A stretch of DNA of 64,000 nt from an uncultured Candidatus Binatia bacterium. Its GTDB lineage: Bacteria; Desulfobacterota; Binatia; UBA9968; CAXXLF01. The stretch covers positions 576,001 to 640,000 of the forward strand of contig OZ244621.1 of NCBI GenBank assembly GCA_965218425.1, given 5' to 3'. Of this stretch, positions 29,497 to 38,166 are shown piece by piece (position 1 is the first letter of the stretch; the number at the start of each line of letters is the position of its first letter). The notes beneath the pieces were generated by a model. That model searched no databases, had not been told where the DNA came from, and saw only the letters and a list, made by a program, of their open reading frames with translations. The position numbers and the translations under genes were made by a program.

Positions 29497-30951
29497 ATGG
29501 GTTGGTATGATTTTCGTGCGCTGTTGGCCGAGTTTGAACGACGCGGAGATGTCACGCATGTTGAGGGAGCCGATTGTCACCTGGAAATCGGGACCTTGAC
29601 CGAACTCATGGCCGAACGGAATGGTCCCATGCTGCTCTTTGACCGAATAAAAGGCTATCCAAATGGCTATCGAATTGCTGCCAAACCCTATTCGACGCCG
29701 GCACGGGGCGCGGTTGCCTTGGGCCTTCCGCAAGACGTGTCTCCGTTTGAAATGTTCATGGCCTGGCGAGACAAATTCAAGAGTTATCAGCCCATCAAAC
29801 CGGTGCAGGTTTCGTCAGCCCCGGTGATGGAAAACGTCCTGGAGGGTTCCGCCATCGATTTCCAAAAGTTTCCTATCCCCAGATGGCACGAGCAAGACGG
29901 CGGTCTGTACATAGGGACCGGTTGTGCCATCGTCACAAAAGATCCGGATGAGGGATGGGTCAACGTGGGTACCTACCGTGTCATGGTGCATGACAATCAG
30001 ACCCTCGGTTTTCAGATAGCCCCCTATCATCATGGTAATCTAATGATGAAAAAATATTGGTCGCAGGGAAAGAACTGTCCTATCGCATTGGCGATATCGC
30101 CGGATCCGTATCTCTTTTGGGCTTCCACCAGCGGAGCCCCATGGGCCACTTCGGAGTATGAACTGGCAGGTTTCATCAAGGGAGAGGCCGAACCCATCAT
30201 GACCGGACCGAGAACGGGACTCCCCTTGCCTGCCAATGCGGAAATGATCATTGAAGGCGAGGTCCCTCCCCTCACCGAAGAGCAGAGAATCGAAGGGCCC
30301 TTCGGCGAATACACCGGCTACTACGCGGGTGGAGAAAGAATGAGGCCGGTTATTCGGGTTCGGGCGCTGTACCATCGCAACAATCCAGTCTTTCACGGCG
30401 AGCCTCCCATGAAACCGCCTGTCGAGAATTGGGCATGCCTCCCTTCCGGGAGTATCCTCGCGGTTTGGGAGGGACTCGAACGGTCAGGCGTGCCGGGGGT
30501 CAAGGGAGTTTATTCCCTCAACGCGGGTGGCGGCCTTGTCACAGTGGTGTCGGTGAAACAGCAATATTCGGGGCACGCAAGGCAGGTGGGTAGGGTTGCC
30601 TCTGGACTGATGCACAGTATGTGCCGGCTCATGGTGGTAGTCGATGATGATATCGATCCCTCCAATTCCGGCGAGGTCCTCTGGGCCATCGCCACGCGGA
30701 GCGACCCGGGAACGACTTTCGAAATTCAGCGGGATTGTCCCTCCACCTGGCTTGATCCGATGATGCCACCGGAGCAGAAGAATCGTGGTGAGCTAAAGGC
30801 CAGCCGCGCTTTGATCGTTGCCTGCCGCCCCTGGGAATGGATGAAGGACTTCCCAGCGGTGAGCCGGGCCAGTGATGAACTGAGGAATCGAACCTACCAG
30901 AAGTGGAAGGATCTTTTCAAGCACGAAGCAAAAAAACCCGTCGGCTGGTAA
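29497..30951 (+). CDS. UbiD family decarboxylase, copy 2
   Basis: GTYRVMVH, EGPFGEYTGYY and VVDDDIDP motifs. Confidence 0.93.
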   Translation: MGWYDFRALLAEFERRGDVTHVEGADCHLEIGTLTELMAERNGPMLLFDRIKGYPNGYRIAAKPYSTPARGAVALGLPQDVSPFEMFMAWRDKFKSYQPIKPVQVSSAPVMENVLEGSAIDFQKFPIPRWHEQDGGLYIGTGCAIVTKDPDEGWVNVGTYRVMVHDNQTLGFQIAPYHHGNLMMKKYWSQGKNCPIALAISPDPYLFWASTSGAPWATSEYELAGFIKGEAEPIMTGPRTGLPLPANAEMIIEGEVPPLTEEQRIEGPFGEYTGYYAGGERMRPVIRVRALYHRNNPVFHGEPPMKPPVENWACLPSGSILAVWEGLERSGVPGVKGVYSLNAGGGLVTVVSVKQQYSGHARQVGRVASGLMHSMCRLMVVVDDDIDPSNSGEVLWAIATRSDPGTTFEIQRDCPSTWLDPMMPPEQKNRGELKASRALIVACRPWEWMKDFPAVSRASDELRNRTYQKWKDLFKHEAKKPVGW

Positions 30952-31000
30952 GTCAAAGAGTAGTCGGATTTAGCTCCGAGCGCGGGGTGAACTAACCGAA

Positions 31001-31957
31001 TTATGTCCAGTAGGCAAAGGCCATGCCACAGCCGGTTGCGGCTGGAGAACGGTAGGTTGGCACATAATCGATCAATTTCATCGGACTCCGTTCCATCACT
31101 CCTGCCAACGCCACCCAATTGAGAATCTCGGAAGTGCCCCCGCGCAGCTTCTCCCTCGGCAAACGGTACAGTCCTTCCTTATCCTGAGTCGTTAACGCCT
31201 TGATGGTTATCTGGTCCAAGTCCTCGTCGATAATGGTATGACTCAAGCCCCCAGAGGCGATCACGGCCACACGACTATCACCGTCCCAGGATTCGATGGC
31301 CTGGCGCACCGACTGTCCCAGAGCATAACACCGCCTGGGCGTCGGTTGGTTGGGCGGATAGTAGGTGTTCACCATCACCGGAACCATTGGCAGGTGACAC
31401 CCCGGCAGTATTCGGCGGTAAAGAAAACTGAATGCGTGTCCTACCCCGATCTCCTCGCGCAAACGATTGCAACGAGTTACATCAAATTCGTTATCCGCCA
31501 GCGCTTTGATCATGTGTTCCGCCAACTCTGAGCACCCGGGATACTCCGGCTCCGTTTCGGCCCAACCCTTTATTTCCTCAGCCTTCCAGTCGGATGTGTT
31601 TCGTCCCGAATGCCTTACCACCGGAATCGATTTACCGTGGTAGACGGCAAACGTCGGCATATTGTCGTCATAGAATTGTTCCTTCTGGTCGTCACCGAAA
31701 ATAACCACCACATCAGGGCGAGCCTCCTCTAGCATACGACCCAGCTCACCGATGGCCTTAAGGCAAGCGTCATCGCGCTCCTGCATCTTGCTTTGCGTAA
31801 GGTCCTGGTCAATTCCAGCCTTAGCGCGTTCAAGCAGTCCTCGGTAATCCATTCGTGGATCCCGCTCATCCTTTTCTCTCATCAAGGACCACCGCGTTGC
31901 TCGAACGCTCAACTGGGGGCTATGGGAGGTACCCAGCCCGAGAACAATTTTTGCCAT
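31001..31957 (-). CDS. LigB-superfamily extradiol dioxygenase, DesZ/LigZ-like
   Basis: MAKIVLGLGTSH, GDDQ, HAFSFLYRRI, VNTYYPPNQPTPRRCY, SGGLSH, GTSEILNW and DYVPTYRS. GGAGG RBS. Confidence 0.9.
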   Translation of the reverse strand: MAKIVLGLGTSHSPQLSVRATRWSLMREKDERDPRMDYRGLLERAKAGIDQDLTQSKMQERDDACLKAIGELGRMLEEARPDVVVIFGDDQKEQFYDDNMPTFAVYHGKSIPVVRHSGRNTSDWKAEEIKGWAETEPEYPGCSELAEHMIKALADNEFDVTRCNRLREEIGVGHAFSFLYRRILPGCHLPMVPVMVNTYYPPNQPTPRRCYALGQSVRQAIESWDGDSRVAVIASGGLSHTIIDEDLDQITIKALTTQDKEGLYRLPREKLRGGTSEILNWVALAGVMERSPMKLIDYVPTYRSPAATGCGMAFAYWT

Positions 31958-32123
31958 CTTTGAAAACCTCCTGCCATCGAAATGAGTGGAGCAACGGCCA
32001 ACCGAAGCCGGTCTCGAAGACACCCAATCTTGTCCGAGAACCGGAAAGTTGTCAATAGGAGTAGCGACGTCGACTGGTTAGCCTAATATAAACGTGGTAG
32101 GACCTTTACGGGTCGAATCCCAT

Positions 32124-32669
32124 TCATGGTTTGTACTTATAAAGGAGAAATCGGAGCGCCACGTAATCATACAGTGCATGGGTAACCATAGCCGCAAGGA
32201 GATTTTCGTGGGCAAGGGAGAGCCAACCCATGTAGAAACCGAGCAGCCCTGCCAGAACTGCGTACGTTGGGGTGATGAAATGCCCCAATCCGAATAAGGC
32301 GCTGGTCAACATCAACGCTACGCCAGGGTTTAACAATTCAGCGAGCAGGCTTTGCATAACCCCCCGGAACAATGCCTCTTCTCCGATTCCCGCCAATACA
32401 CAGATCAAGATCAGGTCAAATTGTGAACAGCCTGCAAAAAGCGGTAGGATCTTGTGCTCGATTTCAAACATCAGGCCCCGAAAAGGACCCCACTCGGTTC
32501 GTGAACACCACCACATTGCCAGTAGCAGTGGACCTGTGGCTGCCATTCCCAAGACGACGGCCCGCCATTTTAGCTGCACCAGCTCAAATGGCGGGGCACC
32601 AACCAACCAGCCCAACCCCCAGGCCAGCACTAGGATGGAGCTCTCTACAGCGATGGCGAGCTTTACCAT
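32124..32669 (-). CDS. CPBP (CAAX/Abi) intramembrane protease family protein
   Basis: EEALFRG, FGLGH and HALYD motifs. Confidence 0.9.
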   Translation of the reverse strand: MVKLAIAVESSILVLAWGLGWLVGAPPFELVQLKWRAVVLGMAATGPLLLAMWWCSRTEWGPFRGLMFEIEHKILPLFAGCSQFDLILICVLAGIGEEALFRGVMQSLLAELLNPGVALMLTSALFGLGHFITPTYAVLAGLLGFYMGWLSLAHENLLAAMVTHALYDYVALRFLLYKYKP

Positions 32670-33014
32670 AATTCCTTCACTGCTAACAAACTATAAACCC
32701 GCGAAAATTCAAAATTGGAACAAACTTTACCGGGCGTTTGACTCTTTCACATAGTTCCAATTAATTAGAGCGTCAAAATACAAGGGTTTGCCGTCGAGGG
32801 CGCTGGGCACCTGGCAAACCTCGACTCCCCTGTAAAACCAACTGGAATATCAACGGGTTACCAGCTTTGCGGTCCATAGCGAAAATGAATTATAACTCCC
32901 GTACCACCAACACGCCCTGCCATCCTTCAAGCTGTTACTCGTAAAGGGAATCCATGGACTCAAAATATTAAGGAAGAAGAGCCGGGAAAAGGCCCAATTC
33001 AACTTGATGACGAG

Positions 33015-33710
33015 TTAAAATTGCGATGGAAGACGCTCTATAATGGATATCTCCTTTGGATTGACCCGTGCGCGATAAGGCAAGACATCTACCCCAGCCT
33101 TTTGAGCCTTGCGGAGCCAGTTGCCATACTCCTTGTCAATTTCATCGGCTGGCCTAAATGCATCACAGTCCCCCCTCTGAACCACAAACACCAAGGCAGC
33201 CCTTTCCCCCTTACGCCGCAAACGAATCAGCTCTCTCAAGTGTTTGGTTCCGCGCTTCGTCACTGCGTCGGGAAACGCCGCGATTCCTTGAAAGGCCAGG
33301 GTTACATTCTTGACCTCTACGTAGCAACGTCTCCCGGATTGCTCGAGACAGAGATCCAAACGGGTGCCGGGGCCCACCTGCACTTCCCTTCGAATTCGTT
33401 GGTAGCCCTGGAGTTCCGTGATGACTCCGGACTCAATCGCCTCGGCCACCAAACGATTGGGTATGATGGTATTGATCCCAACCCAGGTGCGACGCACGCG
33501 AACCAGCTCCCACGTATAAGCAAGACGCCTTTTCGGGTTCTTGGCCTGGGATACATAAACCGCACTTCCCGGCTCCTGACAGCCCATCATGCTACCGGTG
33601 TTGGCACAATGAGACGTAACCACCCGACCGTTGAGGAGTCGAACGTCCGCCAGAAAACGCTTGTAACGCCTAATCAGCTTCCCACGCAGCAATCGAGAAG
33701 TGAACACCAT
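33015..33710 (-). CDS. sfsA: DNA/RNA nuclease SfsA
   Basis: RRYKRFLADV, HCANTGSM, YVEVKNVT and FPDAVTKRGTKHL. Confidence 0.95.
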   Translation of the reverse strand: MVFTSRLLRGKLIRRYKRFLADVRLLNGRVVTSHCANTGSMMGCQEPGSAVYVSQAKNPKRRLAYTWELVRVRRTWVGINTIIPNRLVAEAIESGVITELQGYQRIRREVQVGPGTRLDLCLEQSGRRCYVEVKNVTLAFQGIAAFPDAVTKRGTKHLRELIRLRRKGERAALVFVVQRGDCDAFRPADEIDKEYGNWLRKAQKAGVDVLPYRARVNPKEISIIERLPSQF

Positions 33711-33878
33711 AACCACGCAACCTAAATCCACGGGCACCAAGGCCTTCTAACCAATTTTGTGTTGAATGTCCATTACAAGTCTGTTCTTTGTTGACAGAAG
33801 GCTCACTTTTTCGCTATGAGTTCCGGTCGAGAAATTTTTAAAAAGCCTGAGAAGCCCGTCAAACGAAGGGAGGACCCT

Positions 33879-34724
33879 ATGGCGGATCTTCGCGGGGTAG
33901 GAACACCCATTGCCCATTCAGACGACAATCCAGTTTCGGATTGGATTGATGGACTTCGGAAAAAGCTCAACTTTCAGAAACGCAAGCCCAAGGACGATGC
34001 AGAGCGAGAGCTCCTTGCAAGGTGGTTGGGGTATCGAGGGCGAGATGAGTTGGAAAACATCGTGGGCACAGCCTGCTACGCCTATTCCCACTTCGAAATG
34101 GATGCCGAGTGGCGTTACCATCTCACGGATCACATCAGGACGGAGGCGGGGCACGGATGGGGCTACATCCGGCAAGGGAACGCCATCTTCCCGGGGCGAG
34201 ATCAGACGAAGCCTGATCCGGATTTCGTGCGGGAACGCGGTCTTGCACCACGTGTGGAGCATATAGAGCTAATGAAACGAGACTTTTTGAGTTATCTGTT
34301 ATCCGGCAATCTCTGGCCGTACGGACATTGCACGGCAGTATCGATACAAGGAGTCGATATAAGCACGCCGCAGGTATTGGATTTCGAAGAACGTGTGGTA
34401 CATGCCGAAGAGCGGGGACATCACAACGCAATCCTTCAGAAACTCCATGACTACGTGTGGGAGTTGATCGAAAAGGAGGGCGAGGGTCCGGTCCGACGTC
34501 GCATCGCTGAGATCGACGCCAAGGCTCTAAACAGTCGCTGCCGAACCATATTCGACCCGCCACGCCGGGAATTTCTGCGCAGGACCTTTAACGCGCCGGT
34601 GGAGAACGTGAAAAAATTTCCCGAGTGGAGGGAATATCTCTATCTCAACGTGCTGGGCTTCCCGCCCGAGCCCGTGGCCATTGCCAACTGGCCCGAGGAT
34701 GTTCCCCGACCCAAGGCGGCCTAG
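33879..34724 (+). CDS. Ferritin-like di-iron carboxylate protein of unknown function
   Basis: Two ExxH motifs (TEAGHG, EERGHH) plus an upstream ELE. GGAGG RBS before ATG 33879. Confidence 0.7.
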   Translation: MADLRGVGTPIAHSDDNPVSDWIDGLRKKLNFQKRKPKDDAERELLARWLGYRGRDELENIVGTACYAYSHFEMDAEWRYHLTDHIRTEAGHGWGYIRQGNAIFPGRDQTKPDPDFVRERGLAPRVEHIELMKRDFLSYLLSGNLWPYGHCTAVSIQGVDISTPQVLDFEERVVHAEERGHHNAILQKLHDYVWELIEKEGEGPVRRRIAEIDAKALNSRCRTIFDPPRREFLRRTFNAPVENVKKFPEWREYLYLNVLGFPPEPVAIANWPEDVPRPKAA

Positions 34725-34841
34725 GAAAGATGAGACAATGAAATGGAAGGTTGAATTACAACGTCAATTTCTTTTGGTGTTTTGCCGCCATGACAAAACA
34801 CCTTAAACAAAACTATATAAACGATCGTGCAATCGAGCGGG

Positions 34842-35078
34842 GTGAAAAACTCTGAGTTAGAGACGGGGAAAATACAACACAGAAACAACCTAGGGAAAAT
34901 TCGCCTGGCAATGCCGCTGGGGAAAACGGAACTGGCCCGACTGAGCGGGCTTTCACTCTTAACCATTGATAGGATTGAAAAGGGCATGAAGGGTCGAATG
35001 GAAACCCAACGAAAAATCCTCCTGGCCCAGGGAATAAAGTTCAATCAAAAGCACGGAGTGTTTAAACAATTACGCTAG
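34842..35078 (+). CDS. Small XRE-type HTH protein
   Basis: NNLGKIR...KTELARLSGLSLLTIDRIEKG...RMETQRKIL. Start uncertain. Confidence 0.75.
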   Translation: MKNSELETGKIQHRNNLGKIRLAMPLGKTELARLSGLSLLTIDRIEKGMKGRMETQRKILLAQGIKFNQKHGVFKQLR

Positions 35079-35491
35079 GGCTCCCCTTCCCTAAAATACT
35101 TTCCGGCCTCGCCATCAGGCATGCCAAAGGTGAAAACAAATCGGGTCCCGTCTTGGTCGGTTCCACTGCCGTATCCTTTGCCCCAGGCGATGACTCTATA
35201 AATGGTGAGGATTCGTTTGCCATCCTGACAGGCAAAAGCTACGCGGCCTTCTTTCCCGGGCGGAGCAATATTCATCATCGACCTACCAACACATTTGACC
35301 TCATTCACCTGTCCCTTTATCTCTATGGATCCTTTCTCGGGATGAGAGCGTGCAATAAGATCCCCTCTAAAGACTTCACCAGAGTCGACGAACTTGCCCA
35401 CCACGGGGTATTTGACAACGCAACCCGACAACCAGACCCCCCCGGTTAAAACAATAAGCGCCGTGAGCCACCCTCTCCTGTCAATCATCAT
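35075..35491 (-). CDS. Hypothetical lipoprotein
   Basis: RR, hydrophobic stretch and LSGC lipobox. Start uncertain. Confidence 0.65.
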   Translation of the reverse strand: MMIDRRGWLTALIVLTGGVWLSGCVVKYPVVGKFVDSGEVFRGDLIARSHPEKGSIEIKGQVNEVKCVGRSMMNIAPPGKEGRVAFACQDGKRILTIYRVIAWGKGYGSGTDQDGTRFVFTFGMPDGEAGKYFREGEP

Positions 35492-35703
35492 AACATTAGA
35501 AACTCCAAACACATAGGATAGACCTGTTAGGTTGATTTGTGCCATATGGACTCGCGTGAACCTCAACAGGGTGGGTCAGGGTTCTACCACATCGTCGTTA
35601 TTGATACATCAGGTGCTAACTTCTATCTGGAACATGCGCGTTAGCGGCGCTGGAGTTTGACATATCCAGACAAAACGCAATAGATACAAAGTCGAGTACA
35701 CAC

Positions 35704-36915
35704 ATGTTTGTAGAATCCGGCCCAGGCATCAGCTCAGGTTTACGTAATCTGCCAAAACACCTAACGCTCCTCACGGTTTCCCATGGATTTATGGGATGGG
35801 TGTTCAGCATCACCGGCCCCTTGTTAATACTGCTGAGCGCGGCGGAACAGGGAAAGCTCTCCACGGAAGCCACTGTTTCTTGGATCACTATCGGATACTC
35901 GGTGGGTGGAATCACAAGCTGGATCTTGTCGCTTCGCTACCGTCAGCCGCTAACAGCAGCCGTAACGATTCCGGGGATGGTCTTAGTGGGAACCGCATTG
36001 AACCACGTGACCTTTCCAGAGGTAATCGGTGCGTATCTTGTCACCGCAGCTCTCCTCATCCTCATTGCGGTGAGCGGAAAAATCAACGTGGTGATGAATC
36101 GGTTTCCTCTACCCATAGCTATGGCAATGGTGGCCGGAGTTTTCTTACCCTTCGGATCGAATATCATCACCGCATGGGCAAAAGACCCATGGTTATCGAT
36201 CCCGACAACACTCACTTTTTTAGTCATCTCATTGCTCCCAAGTTCCACCAGGACCTTTCCACCAATCTTAGGTGCCATTTTAGCAGGACTTCTTATGGCT
36301 TTTTCAACCGGACAAACCCATGGAGAGCTGTTTCAGCTAAAGTTCGGTGCACTTTCGTGGGTGAGCCCCGCCTGGAGCTTATCAGCCATCACGGAACTCA
36401 GTATTCCTCTTCTTCTCAGCGTGGTGGCGGTGCACAATGCTCAAGGGACCATGGTTCTGCGCATGGCCGGTTACGCTCCCCCCGTAAACGCCATGACCTG
36501 GGCCTGTGGTCTCGGAACAGTGATCAGCGCCGTTTTTGGATCCGCCCCCACCTGTATTACCGGACCGGTGACTGCAATCATATCTCCGCCGTCGGCTGGG
36601 CCGTCCGAAGGACGTTATGCAGCAGGTATCGTTACCGGAACCCTTTGGCTATTATCCGCACTGTTAGCTCCCGTGGTGGTACTGGGCAAGGAGATTTTTC
36701 CGGTTATATTAATCAACCTGCTGGCGGGGCTCGCGTTGTTTCCCGTTTTGGGCAATGCTTTCGTGGAGGCCTTTAAGGGCCGACATCGATTTGGGGCGCT
36801 CGTCTGCTTCATGGTAACCGTATCACGGATCACCCTCTTGAACGTAGGGGCTCCCTTCTGGGGATTGGTTACGGGACTCATGGTGTCAATCTTCCTGGAA
36901 CCCAAAGACTTTTAA
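35704..36915 (+). CDS. benE: BenE family benzoate/H+ symporter
   Basis: LRYRQPLTAAVTIPG, AMAMVAGVFLPFG, NAQG and GAPFWGLV. Confidence 0.88.
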   Translation: MFVESGPGISSGLRNLPKHLTLLTVSHGFMGWVFSITGPLLILLSAAEQGKLSTEATVSWITIGYSVGGITSWILSLRYRQPLTAAVTIPGMVLVGTALNHVTFPEVIGAYLVTAALLILIAVSGKINVVMNRFPLPIAMAMVAGVFLPFGSNIITAWAKDPWLSIPTTLTFLVISLLPSSTRTFPPILGAILAGLLMAFSTGQTHGELFQLKFGALSWVSPAWSLSAITELSIPLLLSVVAVHNAQGTMVLRMAGYAPPVNAMTWACGLGTVISAVFGSAPTCITGPVTAIISPPSAGPSEGRYAAGIVTGTLWLLSALLAPVVVLGKEIFPVILINLLAGLALFPVLGNAFVEAFKGRHRFGALVCFMVTVSRITLLNVGAPFWGLVTGLMVSIFLEPKDF

Positions 36916-37297
36916 ACAAGCATCCCAGTGTGCCATTCTCGACCATTCGACATGGCACGGTCACGGCCTTATCCACCGACCCTGCGGCATCGGATAAAAA
37001 CCCGACCATTTTATACGAACATCATCAAAACTCACTGTAAATACTTATATTTATTTAGATAGAAAAAAAGTAAATTTGGAGGAATCTGAATCTCAAAAGT
37101 GAGAGCCTCATTTCACCCCGGCTGACCCTTTCTGGTCATCAGTTCAACTTTTGACACTTATCCACACAACTTCACAATCCGTCAGAGGATTGCCGCAGGC
37201 CCTGCCCCTATTGGATATTTCCCTTGATTCAGGATACTTAGTATTATAACTCAAGTTGCGAGATAGGTTTGGTGAGTTAGCGCTGAAGGGTAAACGT

Positions 37298-38050
37298 TCA
37301 CCATATGCTTCTGGCCAAGGTAAGAATGAAAACCGCCTTCGCACCGCCGCGAATTAAGGTCCGGCTGCATTCGTTAGCGGTTGCGCCGGAAGTGTAAACA
37401 TCATCAACAAGCAGAATTCTCTTTCCCCGAATGGATTGCTTTTGATCTAAAGTAAAGGCGCCTCGTACGTTCTTCCTTCGAGCCTCTTCGGAAAGCTGCG
37501 TCTGCGGTTCCGTTACCGTAGACCTGAGAAGGATAAATGGGTTCATGGGAATCCTTCGCGAACGGCTGACTTGCTTGCCCAAGATGACTGCTTGATTAAA
37601 CCCCCGCCAGCGGAGTCTTTTGGGATGAAGAGGAACAGGAACGATCAAATCCAAGGGGAATTCCCTGAATAAGCCACTGCACCCTTTGGCCAAAAGTCTA
37701 CCCAAAGGTTTTCCTAAGGACGCCTTGCGTCCATACTTGAACTGCCGCAATACGGAGCGAAGCGGATCCATATTCTCGTCCCCCCGGGGATAGCACGCCC
37801 AGGCACGGGCCTGGATAAACAAAGGTGGTCGAACCAGGCATGCCCCACATAGGTGATCCTCTCCAGGAGTGTTTAGAAAAGGGTAGCCACAGGCAATGCA
37901 GAAAGGATGGGAAACCTCTCTAATCCTTTGCCGGCACTTCGAGCAAAAGCACAATTCATCCGGACCCGAGATTACATCTTTGCAAAATCGACAACGAGGT
38001 GGATAAAACAGATCAAGTAACGATTCGAGAGCAAATGCCATTTGCGTCAT
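37298..38050 (-). CDS. comF: ComF family protein (zinc ribbon plus PRTase)
   Basis: CxxC pairs, VPVPLH...RGFNQA and LLVDDVYTSGAT. Confidence 0.92.
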   Translation of the reverse strand: MTQMAFALESLLDLFYPPRCRFCKDVISGPDELCFCSKCRQRIREVSHPFCIACGYPFLNTPGEDHLCGACLVRPPLFIQARAWACYPRGDENMDPLRSVLRQFKYGRKASLGKPLGRLLAKGCSGLFREFPLDLIVPVPLHPKRLRWRGFNQAVILGKQVSRSRRIPMNPFILLRSTVTEPQTQLSEEARRKNVRGAFTLDQKQSIRGKRILLVDDVYTSGATANECSRTLIRGGAKAVFILTLARSIW

Positions 38051-38166
38051 GCTTGCATCAGCACAAGGCCGATTGAAAATAGTCCGCCGAATGCACCGTT
38101 ACGCTATGGCCTATATTGCACCATACCCCGACACCTGAGATTCTTCGTTCAAAGGATCGTAGGCTG

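Noticed and set aside
32781..32870. c-di-GMP-I or SAH riboswitch (GGCAAACC, CGGGTTACC, CGAGGGCGCTG)
   Set aside because: Lacks the GAAA-loop stem and GACGCAAA of c-di-GMP-I, and the CCAGGCTC/AACGRCGCTC elements of SAH.
35796..36776. 326-aa alternative-frame ORF
   Set aside because: Lies entirely inside benE, is Ser/Arg-rich and has no recognisable motif.
36960..37260. Possible oriC: DnaA box TTATCCACA at 37158, a near-match at 36969, and an AT-rich tract
   Set aside because: Only two boxes, no dnaA/dnaN/mnmG context, and the ribosomal-protein genes to the right point toward this site rather than away.
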